This document shows positions 11,857 through 21,471 of a stretch of 64,000 nucleotides of DNA, piece after piece. The stretch's first letter is position 1. Each line of letters opens with the position of its first letter. A program made the position numbers and the translations under genes. The notes under the pieces were generated by a model, which saw only the letters and a list, made by a program, of their open reading frames with translations, did no database searches and was not told where the DNA came from. The stretch spans positions 1,054,001 to 1,118,000 of the forward strand of contig CBFFSA010000001.1 of the NCBI GenBank assembly GCA_965644495.1. The letters are read 5' to 3'. This stretch comes from Perkinsela sp. CCAP 1560/9. Lineage: Eukaryota > Protista > Euglenozoa: Kinetoplastea.

Positions 11857-13200
11857 TAAACCCCTGGCCAAAATAAGGCACCCCCCCCTAAAAATACGAT
11901 GCTTTGTTTGTTTGAGCTAATTTCAATGGCATTTTGCAGATCTCAGTTCGGGATTTATGTCCTCCCACACTTGGTCACTAGTCCTATAGCTATTTATAAA
12001 GTGGAAACTATTTACCACTTTTTTACCTTTTCGCCACCTAATTCGACGCAGGCCTTTAGTCTACGATCGAAACTTAAGATGGTATCATTTATCATCTCAG
12101 TCGGTAAAGAACTCCATGTGTTTAGAATACACCTTTGCAGTTCGGAAACTGTAGATGGTAGCTTTTCATTTACGTATTGTTGTACCATTGACCATATGTT
12201 TTCAATGGGAGAAAGATCGGGAGAATTTGGGGGCCAATTTTTTAGTAGATTAATTTTTCGTTTGTTCAGGTAATTTATGGTGGCCTTGGCCGTATGAGCG
12301 GTGGCACCATCTTGTTGAAATATTCTTTTGCGGGGGAAATAAACATGTTTTAGTGTGTCTATGTATGTTTCGTGGGTAATAGAGGTCCTGCTGGATAAAA
12401 TTTTTAAGCATCTCCAGTTAATTCCTATAGCACCCCACACCTGACACTTAGGCGCCCAGCGCACCTTTAGTCTCTTTGCAGGGGTCTCTCCTTTTTTTAC
12501 CCACACTTTCATTCGATTATCGTTTGTATCAAACACCTTCTCATCTGAGAATATCAATTTCGATGTGTCCTCTTTGTAATTTAAAGAAAACTGTACGCGT
12601 TTTTCTTTTTGTACAGCGGTGAGCCCTTGTGAAATTGGGCGTGGCCTATATTGATGCCCTGCTTGCCTCAAATCTCGACGAACAGTTCGAGGGCTTGCAG
12701 TAACACCCTTTCTGCACAAAACAACAGAAATACGCTTTGAACTGTTGTACTTTGGCACCCCTGCCGCATCTTCCTTAGAAATAATGGTTTCAATCCTTTT
12801 TTTACGAGACTTTATTTTTTTTTTCTGTGGGGATTTCTTTAGGCTTTTCTTCGTCTCAATTTTGGGGTGATCACGGAGGTATTTTCGAATGTATTTCACG
12901 CTTACATTCAATTCACGTGCTATTCGTTTCTTTGGGATGCCATCTTGGAACCTTAAAAGCATGAGTTCCTTCCCCAGGGGGCTGAGGCCACCTTTCGGAG
13001 GCCTGCGGAATGATTTTTTCATAAATCGACCCTAATGTTAAAGTGGTAAAATATTTTTTTATTTTTTTATTTTTCATGAGCTAAAAACAGCGGGAACGTA
13101 CAGATCTCAAAATTTTGAACGAAAACATGGTATGATAACCCTACCATACCCCCTCATGCAAAAAATAAGGGGGGGTGCCTTATTTGTGGCCAGGGGTTTA
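11857..13200 (-). mobile_element. Tc1/IS630-type DNA transposon, apparently intact
   Basis: ~32-bp TIR taaacccctggcca(c)aaataaggcaccccccc at both ends, TA-flanked; contains a full transposase ORF. Confidence 0.92.
12012..13022 (-). CDS. Tc1-type transposase, DD35E
   Basis: N-terminal HTH (IARELNVS), FSDE, VWGAI, QQDGATAH and WPPNSPDLSPIENIW; 35 residues between the second D and the E. Confidence 0.93.
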   Translation of the reverse strand: MKKSFRRPPKGGLSPLGKELMLLRFQDGIPKKRIARELNVSVKYIRKYLRDHPKIETKKSLKKSPQKKKIKSRKKRIETIISKEDAAGVPKYNSSKRISVVLCRKGVTASPRTVRRDLRQAGHQYRPRPISQGLTAVQKEKRVQFSLNYKEDTSKLIFSDEKVFDTNDNRMKVWVKKGETPAKRLKVRWAPKCQVWGAIGINWRCLKILSSRTSITHETYIDTLKHVYFPRKRIFQQDGATAHTAKATINYLNKRKINLLKNWPPNSPDLSPIENIWSMVQQYVNEKLPSTVSELQRCILNTWSSLPTEMINDTILSFDRRLKACVELGGEKVKKW

Positions 13201-13464
13201 TATTTTAGGTAAGCAGAAAAACCATTCCCTCCAACAAGGCATACTCTCCCAGATCCGAGCACCCAGATTGCACAGATTTCCCACCGAAATTTCACAAAAA
13301 GTCGACCTCTAAAAATATAGGTACATAAAGCTTTAAAGGTACTATAGGTACTTTATAGTAACTATATTTATTTTTTCTACCTATATATAAACTATATAAA
13401 GTTATTCGGACCCCTGCATTAAGATATACAAGCTTCTATGGAAGATAAAATACGCAATAAGTTA

Positions 13465-13815
13465 CTGTCCCCCCCTAGTTATCTGTCACACGTCACCCCC
13501 ACTAGTTATCTGTCACTTTTTGGCGCTTCGATTCCTTTTTTCGTCGACTATCCCCCCTGGTTATCTATCACCTTTTAAAAATAGGTAAATTACTTTTTTT
13601 CCAAAAAACTCTTAAAACGAAACTTACATTTTTTCTTTTTGTGTTTCAAGCGAATGATCGTGCGTGATGCTATTTTATACCGTTTCTGTAATTATATGCT
13701 CTGCCTTTTTTTATGTCGGACCCCCCCTAGTTATCTGTCACACCCCTACACCCCCCCTAGTTATCTGTTTGACAGATGTATGTTTGACAGATGTATGTTA
13801 TCTGTTTGACAGAAA
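13465..13815. mobile_element. MITE-like fragment with repeated cccctagttatctgtc motif
   Basis: TA-ctgtccccccc start; motif repeated ~5 times (13471, 13497, 13553, 13722, 13751) with inverted tgacaga copies. Confidence 0.55.
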
Positions 13816-13951
13816 CATACGAGGAAATTTCGTTTCCAAAATGTGCGCGTAAACGGGTGGGGGGAAGAACCGGTGCGCTTAAACGGGGGGACAGTAATTG
13901 AATAGTTTTGGCGGTAGGTTCTATTTATTTTCAACATAACAAGATTTGAAC

Positions 13952-14584
13952 ATGCTTATTACTTGCGTTGACGCATCGAACTCCAACACCCGAGTCGCTC
14001 GAGTACGTCTCCAATCACTCCCCCCTTCATTCCGACTTGCACGATTTATACAAAACATATCGAACCCCTCGGCATCGTGGCATGAGGACAACTCGCCGGA
14101 TCAGTGGGAAGGGATTCAACGCAACCCATTCACAGATGATTGGCAAATTCTTTGGTTCGGTCGAAAGTTAAAGGGTACGATTCCTGATTGGGGTTGTCTC
14201 CCAGAAATGTTTACGACACTGAACCTTGGCGTGTACAGCAAATTTGGATTAACACACTATAATTATCTAACGGGATGTGTAAACTTCGCGGCCTTACATC
14301 ACGAGATGCAATCGCTTGCGCTCTCTGGGAACTCATTTTCTGGCACTTTTGACGCAGAGCGCCTCCCCCCATCTTTGCGTTTTCTCGGATTAAGAGATAA
14401 CAATTTTGAAGGACCTCTTTGCTTAACCGCCTTACCACCACATCTTCAGACACTTACTTTGCGGGGAAATCAGTTCTCTGGAAAGGTGTCATTCGATGCT
14501 CTTCCGAAATCACTGCAAAAACTGACAATCTCTAAAGGATTGGACATTAACGGCTCTGTTCCTAGGTGTGTCCAAATCTATTAA
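13952..14584 (+). CDS. Leucine-rich repeat protein (family member 1)
   Basis: Repeats of LPxxLxxLxLxxNxFxG; WEGI N-cap; first ATG at 13952. Confidence 0.85.
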   Translation: MLITCVDASNSNTRVARVRLQSLPPSFRLARFIQNISNPSASWHEDNSPDQWEGIQRNPFTDDWQILWFGRKLKGTIPDWGCLPEMFTTLNLGVYSKFGLTHYNYLTGCVNFAALHHEMQSLALSGNSFSGTFDAERLPPSLRFLGLRDNNFEGPLCLTALPPHLQTLTLRGNQFSGKVSFDALPKSLQKLTISKGLDINGSVPRCVQIY

Positions 14585-14716
14585 CATTTTGAGATTTCTC
14601 AAGCATGAATCCTTGCAATATGCACTTTGCGGTCAAAGAAGTATGCTGCATGTATACAAAGTCACTATACTGTAGTGGTATAGGGGGGCATCTCCAATTT
14701 AACAGTATTCTGTCAT

Positions 14717-15401
14717 ATTGCGGTGGTTGTATAACTACCGCTCTACCCTCGATTATTAGAAAAAAAAAGTGAACAAAAACAGTGAAAATATAAAGAGGAA
14801 CACAGTAACATAATAGAAGAAAAAAATATTAAAGCGGCTCCGGTGGTCCAAAATTGAAAAAAATGAGGGGTCCAGGGGGGGCATACCTCGCGAATTTTTT
14901 TTCGAATTTTTTGCTTTTCAAAATCGAGCGCAGGGAAGTGTTAGAGTATGCCGCGCCACCCCCCACCTGGGGGTACCCCCCTGGTACGCGCAGGAGGGGT
15001 CCGACAAGGTCAAAATTTCCGAAATTTTAGGGATGACAAAAAATCAACTTGACTCAAAAAAAAGTAAAAGGTATTATTTTTCCAAAATCGACTCCTAAAA
15101 CGTATTTTAAGAGTTGTGGACCTCAGCTAACATTCTGCGACGTTTTTTTCGACAGATTCGCCTCCTACCCCTACTGGTAAGGCATTAAAAACGGCTCAAA
15201 TTCGGAGTAAAATTTCGCAATTTTCGCCAAAAAATCGAGCTTTTTCACCCAAAAAATAAATTTTTCATGATCTTTTGGCGATTTTTCCTTTTTGGCTCTT
15301 CGTTAAACGCGGAGGTAGTTTTCAACACGAAGCGCACAGCATGAGTGACTTCTAAATTGAAAACAACCACCGCGTTTAACGAAGAGCCTAAAAAAGAAAT
15401 T
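14717..15401 (+). mobile_element. Non-coding interspersed element copy 2 (Helitron2/Helentron-like termini)
   Basis: 5' gcggtggttgt (14720-14730) inside a terminal hairpin; its inverted copy acaaccaccgc at 15363-15373, 28 bp from the end; palindrome at 15285-15400. Confidence 0.6.
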
Positions 15402-15571
15402 ATTAGAAGATTATTCTGCCGATCAACACAGATACATGTCACTCCCCATCTCTTTATACTTCAAGAGGAGACCCTCTTTACTTGAAGTAGATTCACACTG
15501 TATACTGTCGATTTGCCTTGTATCTTGACAACTTTTCTCTACACCGTACATTTTACTTTTTGCTCTTCAAA

Positions 15572-17683
15572 ATGGGAGGCTGCGTTTCGTCATGCATGAG
15601 CTACCGTAACAAGATCAGCGAAGTGCCAATCCCTGATCTCATGGACATTCGCAAAATGGAACACCAATCCGTTGAAATCGGCGATGGGGGTGTGGGTCAC
15701 GGGCCTATACGTCGTTCTCCCTCTTTCTCTGAAACCGATGAAGCGACAATGCTTGGCCTGGAGCATTCCTCTCTTCTTGGAATCATACAGAGCGCTTGTG
15801 AGAAATTTGGAGAGCGGCGCGCGATTGCGTACCGTCCCTGGTTGGAGGAGCTCAAGAAGCCTATCACGGATGACAACGGACGCGTAAAGGACATGACATA
15901 CGTGCGCTTGGGAGAGACATGTTACTTGTCTTTCGTGGATTTTTGGGAAAAAATTGAAACTCTTGGCGCCGGCCTGGCCAGTCTGGGCCTCACGGGGCAA
16001 AATTGCCGCGTGGGAATTTATGAGGAAACGCGTTGGGAGTGGATAGTCTCGCTTTATGGTATGTGGACACAACGCACAGTGGCTGTCACTGTGTACGCCA
16101 ACCTAGGCACGAGTGCTCTGCAGCACGCCATTCAAGAAGCCGAGCTCTCAGCAATCTTTGTCGGTCAGAAAAATATCCATCATCTCGCCTCTTTAGGGGA
16201 CATGCCGTCGCTTCGCTACCTTATTGTCTTCGAGGCTCCCCCACCAGGCACCGCACTGCCTCCCAACGTTGAGGTCGTCCTGTTTGCGGACCTCCTGCGT
16301 AAGGGACAGCGCACGCAGTGCTCCCACCCTTCCCTCTCCCCTCTTTCACATGAGCTCGCGATGATTATGTACACCTCCGGGACCACCGGAGAGCCAAAAG
16401 GGGTAATGATGACGCATCGAAACCTACTCAGCGGGGTCACCATTTTGGAACGACGGGTGACGCCCATGCTGGGGAAGCAACCCGGACCGGAGGAGTCCTA
16501 CATTGCCTACCTCCCCCTGGCCCATATCCTTGAGCTCACGGCGGAGAACGTGCTGTTCAGTCGAGGCTCGATGGTGTGCTATGGCCACCCACGCACGCTC
16601 ACCAACACTTATACAATCCCCCATGGTGATCTGGAGGAGTACAAGCCCCATATGATTGTCGGGGTACCACGTATTTTTGATACCATAAAAAAAGCCGTGG
16701 AGGCGAAACTACCCCCCAAGGGTTCCCTCCGTCGGTGTATCTATGACCGGGCCTATGACGACCGCAGGGAGGCCCTGACGCGAGGCTACGACACCCCGTA
16801 CTGGAACACCAAAGTGTTTCAAAAAATCCGGTCCGTTCTAGGGGGCCGGGTAAAGATGATTATCTGTGGGGGTGCCCCGCTTAGCGCGTCGACGCATGAG
16901 TTCCTCACGGTGGTGTTTGGTGTCCCCGTGGGTCAGGGCTACGGACTCACGGAGACCGTCGCCATCACGACGATTCAACGGTTCTGGGACTTACAAAAAG
17001 AAAATGTGGGAGGGCTCACCTCTGCGATTGAGGTCAAACTGCGGGATGTTGACGTGTGGACGTCCAGTCACAACCCTCCCCAGGGGGAGATACTCATTCG
17101 TGGGCCGAACATTACGCTCGGGTACTACAAGCAACCAGAGATGACACAAGAGGTGTACCTCCCGAACAAGTGGTTCGCAACTGGAGATGTCGGCGAGTGG
17201 GCAGAGGACGGCACGTTGCGGATTATTGGTAGAGTAAAAGCACTCGCAAAGAACTCGCATGGCGAGTACATCGCACTGGAGGCTCTTGAGGCTACGTATG
17301 CAATCAACGAGCTCGTTATCCCGAACGGAATTTGTATATGCGTGAATGAGCACCAGCCGCACATTGTGGCTGTAGCACTGACCGATGAATCTAAAGCAAA
17401 GGCATTTGCCCGAAAGCATAAAATTGGTGGATCATATCCTGATATTCTGAAGGATTCTGAATTTTTGCGCCGAGCGTTAATCAGTTTGAATGAAACAGCT
17501 AAAGGTGCGGGGAAGAAGTCTTTTGAGCTTCTAAGAAGCGTATATTTCGGTGGTATCCCGGAAGAGGAATGGACACCCGAAAATGGGGCTTTGACAGCTG
17601 CAATGAAATTGAAGCGTAGAGAAATCGATAGTCGATACCGTGAATGCATAGAGGATATGTACGCCTTTATTGCAGGGCCTTAA
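15572..17683 (+). CDS. Long-chain fatty acyl-CoA synthetase
   Basis: YTSGTTGEPKG, AYLPLAH, GYGLTE, GEILIRG, TGDVG; MGGCVS start (possible acylation signal) at ATG 15572. Confidence 0.95.
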   Translation: MGGCVSSCMSYRNKISEVPIPDLMDIRKMEHQSVEIGDGGVGHGPIRRSPSFSETDEATMLGLEHSSLLGIIQSACEKFGERRAIAYRPWLEELKKPITDDNGRVKDMTYVRLGETCYLSFVDFWEKIETLGAGLASLGLTGQNCRVGIYEETRWEWIVSLYGMWTQRTVAVTVYANLGTSALQHAIQEAELSAIFVGQKNIHHLASLGDMPSLRYLIVFEAPPPGTALPPNVEVVLFADLLRKGQRTQCSHPSLSPLSHELAMIMYTSGTTGEPKGVMMTHRNLLSGVTILERRVTPMLGKQPGPEESYIAYLPLAHILELTAENVLFSRGSMVCYGHPRTLTNTYTIPHGDLEEYKPHMIVGVPRIFDTIKKAVEAKLPPKGSLRRCIYDRAYDDRREALTRGYDTPYWNTKVFQKIRSVLGGRVKMIICGGAPLSASTHEFLTVVFGVPVGQGYGLTETVAITTIQRFWDLQKENVGGLTSAIEVKLRDVDVWTSSHNPPQGEILIRGPNITLGYYKQPEMTQEVYLPNKWFATGDVGEWAEDGTLRIIGRVKALAKNSHGEYIALEALEATYAINELVIPNGICICVNEHQPHIVAVALTDESKAKAFARKHKIGGSYPDILKDSEFLRRALISLNETAKGAGKKSFELLRSVYFGGIPEEEWTPENGALTAAMKLKRREIDSRYRECIEDMYAFIAGP

Positions 17684-18151
17684 TCTTGCGTCTTGGTAGT
17701 TCTTTTTATCTATTTTGCGTACAATAATGCGGGGTGTGTAAAATCGTAGTTTGTGTCACGATAGGCTTCTTGGTTGATCCCGTTGACCCATGTGCTATGT
17801 GTGTTGACCCAGGTGCGAAGTACATTCTTTGATATACACTCTTCTTACGAATGCGTGTTTGTTTTACGTTGTGGTCAAATTTACTCTATTTCTGTAGATG
17901 TTGATTAGGCTTCGTATGAGAATTCCATCTCTTTTTTGCTTCTTCGTTAAAACTTGTTGTGTATAAATGGTTGTTTCACTCGGCGATAATTATAGTGTGT
18001 TTTAGAACGTTCATATCCATCCAATTGTCCATATGCATTATTTTTAAGAAATTTCTAATTTCCAAGATTTTTTTATGAATTGAAACACTGGTGAGTCTAT
18101 TTTTTCCATCTGTTTATTTCGAATTACACTTTCTCTTTTATGTAGTGCTTC

Positions 18152-21100
18152 ATGTTTCGAAAGCGGCTCCGTTTGTGTTGTGACTCACATCAAACCAACA
18201 GCAATGCGCAGATCAGTCCCTCTAGCTACGAGGAATTGCGGAACAGTTATATTGGATGTTCAATCCCAGTTCCTCTACTTGGCTTAAAATCGGCTAGTTC
18301 AAAGTTTCTATATGTAGGGGTGCACTCCGCAGCAAGTGTTCCAGCGGGAACTTTACGAATCGGCTCCCAACTAGCGTCCGCATGGGGGTTACACGAGCAG
18401 GATGAAATTACAGCATTTGCTGTCAGTGGTGTTGGTGTCGCATCTGCCGTACATGTCACTCCGTGTACTGTAGATGACTCAGAAATAGTGGAAACAAACC
18501 AGCGACGAATCGAGGATACGCTTCTTCGTCAACTTCAAGTTGTTTTTGATGGTATGAAGTTTTTAGTAACCGTTTTTCCGGGCGTACAGGTGCAACTTGA
18601 AGTGGACAATATACGCGGGAACCGCTCCGATGCCCCGTGTTATGTCATGATGAGTGGAACGGAACTTATCGTAGCAACACGGATGCGTATGAATGACTCC
18701 GACATTGAAGCAGTAGATCCCAAACCGGGGTTTATCCACAACATCATCTCGGCAGAAAATTCCTTGCCGCCGGGTGAAACACAAGAGTGTGGCGAGAAGG
18801 GGTTGTTGTATCTTACACAGGAGACCGCATCCCGTAACGGGTGGCTTGACGGTAGTTTGGTGGGAGTTATCGCGGCGAACAAGCTTGGTTTCGTCACCCT
18901 TGATACGTTAGTGCATCAGAACCCTTCGCCTTTACAACAGGAGAATGGCATTTGGACTTCAAACGCCGTAGTGCGGGAAACTCTTTGCGGACGAATTAAA
19001 ATCGTAGACCCGGACAACTTTGGTTTGAATGTATGGCACTCAGATGCTCGTAGATACCATGAGAATTGCATATACTGCCAGCAGCATGCTCTTTCAGACG
19101 ACAATCCGTCGGGCGTCGAGGGTACGCATCTTTTTCATCGGCACATACACACAATGTATGCTCCCTGGCTGGAGCCTTACGTGGGGCCTTACATTATTTA
19201 TCCGCATCCATCAAAGGAAGCAGCACAACCGCCATATTCTCCCGTTGAATCGTTCGTTTCTCGAAACAGTTTAGCAGAAAAAAATCAATGTTTACTTTTC
19301 GACAATTCTGTCAGGGAAGCTTTTGACAAGATATGTGGGGGAGTATTCCGCAGCTACGATCATGATCTCGGTGCCAATACGCTGTTAAGTGGGCAAACCG
19401 GGTCAGGTAAGACCCATTTTCTGAAGCATATTGTTCGAAAAATACCAAGTATCTACTTTGATTGCAAAAATATTGCGTCCGATTCACTTCAAATCAAGGA
19501 GCGCATGCTCCGTTCCGTCTTTCTTTCATGTAGCTCCTCTCGCAGTGCCTTGCTCTTGGACAATGTACATATCATACTACCTTCAACGCCCAACATACCA
19601 GGCATGTCACCAACAAAGGACGCGAATGTTGACCATTTGGCATTACTACTAGTTGAGCTGTTTCGTCTTGCACAGGAAAGGAGGCGGCATCTCGTTATAG
19701 CATCTGTAACGCAGCCCGACATGGTGCATTCTACGCTACGAGCAAGACTGGGCTCTCTGTTTCCTAGTGCGTTCCAAATACCTCTTCCTGTTTCTGAAAC
19801 CGCTAGGGATTTTTTTGCAAGCAGTATGCGTTCGCATGGCATCCATCTTGACGAAGATCTAGTGAAGAATTTGGCTTCATACCTTGTAAATTTCACTCCT
19901 CAGGACATTCTTAGTTTGGCAGGACGAGTGGTCATGTCTGAGCGTGGATCAAATGAAAGCTTGAATGGTCTTTTTCTTTCCGAGAAACGTTTTCGCAGCA
20001 TCAAAAAAGGTTTCTCTCCATTAGCCCTAAGCCAACTGCACCTGTTTTCGCAAATTGATAGAGAAAGAGGAGAGGAAAACGTTTCTCAAACGACCGATCT
20101 TGATAAATGCGTGGGTGGTATGATGGAGGCTAAGAAAAAATTACACAATATGATTACGCTTCCCACCCAGAATCCAAAATTGTACTCCTCGTTCCCCATC
20201 AAGATGCGCAGTGGAATGTTGTGCTTCGGTCCTCCTGGTTGTGGCAAAACTCATCTCGTGACACAATTCGTTCAATCCCTGGGACTCAACTCCGTTGTGC
20301 TGAATGGACCGGAGGTGTTAGATAAATACATTGGATCCTCTGAGGCCAAGGTACGCGAATGTTTTGAGCAAGCACACCGCGCAAGGCCCTGTGTTCTGTT
20401 TATTGATGAAATCGACGCATGCGCAAGACAACGTGGGCAAGATCACACAGGGGTTACAGATCGAGTAGTAAATCAGCTCCTTTGTCATCTTGATGGAGTG
20501 GAGAGCCGCGCAGGCGTATTCGTCGTCGGGGCGACATCACGACCGGAGATGCTCGATTTAGCATTACTGCGCCCAGGCCGATTAGATTCGCTAGTTTATT
20601 GTTCTCTTCCTACTCGAGAGGAAAGAATAGAGGTACTTCGGTGTGCTTCTCTCGCTCGAAATTTGAAGCTCGAAAATGACGCCGTTTGTGAAGAAATCTC
20701 TGATCTTACTGAAGGGTGGAGCCATGCAGATCTTTGTGGGGTAATTTCAACAGCTTACATGCTATGCGTCAAGGACAGTGTGGATTTGCGAGCTGAAAAG
20801 GCTGCAATGCATCTAAATCATGTGATAAACCAAAACTGTTCATACCAGATCTGTGAAGGAGAACTTACTTTAAGTGCCGAGGAGAGACGAGACTTAGAGT
20901 CGCAGTTGGATAAACTTGCGAAAAAGATTTCTTCTTCACCAGAAAGTTTTGACTCAACGACTTTTTTCCAATCTCAAAAACAAAATTCGAGCATATCTGG
21001 AAATCAAGATTCACAAAATACAGAAATAGTCTTGAAAGATATGCACCTAAAAGCTGCATTGGATTCTTTGAATTCCTCCGTATCTGAGAGTGAGAGATTG

Positions 21101-21202
21101 CGGCATGAACGTATTGCTGATCGAATTCTACGACGTAAGAAGACGTTGGATGGGAAAACTCTATCTGAAATCGTGCCTGATTCTCACGTAACCCTCATGT
21201 AG
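18152..21202 (+). CDS. PEX1: Peroxin 1, AAA ATPase
   Basis: PEX1-N-like VTPCTVDDSEIVE; D1 GQTGSGKT; D2 GPPGCGKT, GPEVLDKYIGSSE, RGQDHTGVTDRVVNQ, ALLRPGRLD. Confidence 0.9.
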   Translation: MFRKRLRLCCDSHQTNSNAQISPSSYEELRNSYIGCSIPVPLLGLKSASSKFLYVGVHSAASVPAGTLRIGSQLASAWGLHEQDEITAFAVSGVGVASAVHVTPCTVDDSEIVETNQRRIEDTLLRQLQVVFDGMKFLVTVFPGVQVQLEVDNIRGNRSDAPCYVMMSGTELIVATRMRMNDSDIEAVDPKPGFIHNIISAENSLPPGETQECGEKGLLYLTQETASRNGWLDGSLVGVIAANKLGFVTLDTLVHQNPSPLQQENGIWTSNAVVRETLCGRIKIVDPDNFGLNVWHSDARRYHENCIYCQQHALSDDNPSGVEGTHLFHRHIHTMYAPWLEPYVGPYIIYPHPSKEAAQPPYSPVESFVSRNSLAEKNQCLLFDNSVREAFDKICGGVFRSYDHDLGANTLLSGQTGSGKTHFLKHIVRKIPSIYFDCKNIASDSLQIKERMLRSVFLSCSSSRSALLLDNVHIILPSTPNIPGMSPTKDANVDHLALLLVELFRLAQERRRHLVIASVTQPDMVHSTLRARLGSLFPSAFQIPLPVSETARDFFASSMRSHGIHLDEDLVKNLASYLVNFTPQDILSLAGRVVMSERGSNESLNGLFLSEKRFRSIKKGFSPLALSQLHLFSQIDRERGEENVSQTTDLDKCVGGMMEAKKKLHNMITLPTQNPKLYSSFPIKMRSGMLCFGPPGCGKTHLVTQFVQSLGLNSVVLNGPEVLDKYIGSSEAKVRECFEQAHRARPCVLFIDEIDACARQRGQDHTGVTDRVVNQLLCHLDGVESRAGVFVVGATSRPEMLDLALLRPGRLDSLVYCSLPTREERIEVLRCASLARNLKLENDAVCEEISDLTEGWSHADLCGVISTAYMLCVKDSVDLRAEKAAMHLNHVINQNCSYQICEGELTLSAEERRDLESQLDKLAKKISSSPESFDSTTFFQSQKQNSSISGNQDSQNTEIVLKDMHLKAALDSLNSSVSESERLRHERIADRILRRKKTLDGKTLSEIVPDSHVTLM

Positions 21203-21471
21203 CCTTTTTTGGGCGTTTACTTGCGTTCAAGGTCACTCTTGTGGATTGTATCATGGAACCGATTATTCAACACGTATGTCTCGTAAGGCTAGAACTGTAC
21301 CTTTGGACTCAAAGGATACAAGTTGAATTCAAGAAAAGAAAATTTGTTCCTTAGTTTTTGTACATCGTGTATTCTAAAATTTTATTTTCAATTTCGATTG
21401 TTTAGCCAGAGGGGATACTTCTTAAAAAATTACATTCTTCCATGTAGCTACCCTATCCATGTGAGTTTCGA

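Larger units (their letters stand above)
9482..13894. mobile_element. TA-flanked TIR element enclosing nested hAT, Tc1 and MITE pieces
   Basis: Left TA-ctccccccc-gtttaagcgtacc and right ggtgcgcttaaac-ggggggacag-TA; both ends match the 92-bp MITE at 45189-45280. Confidence 0.55.
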
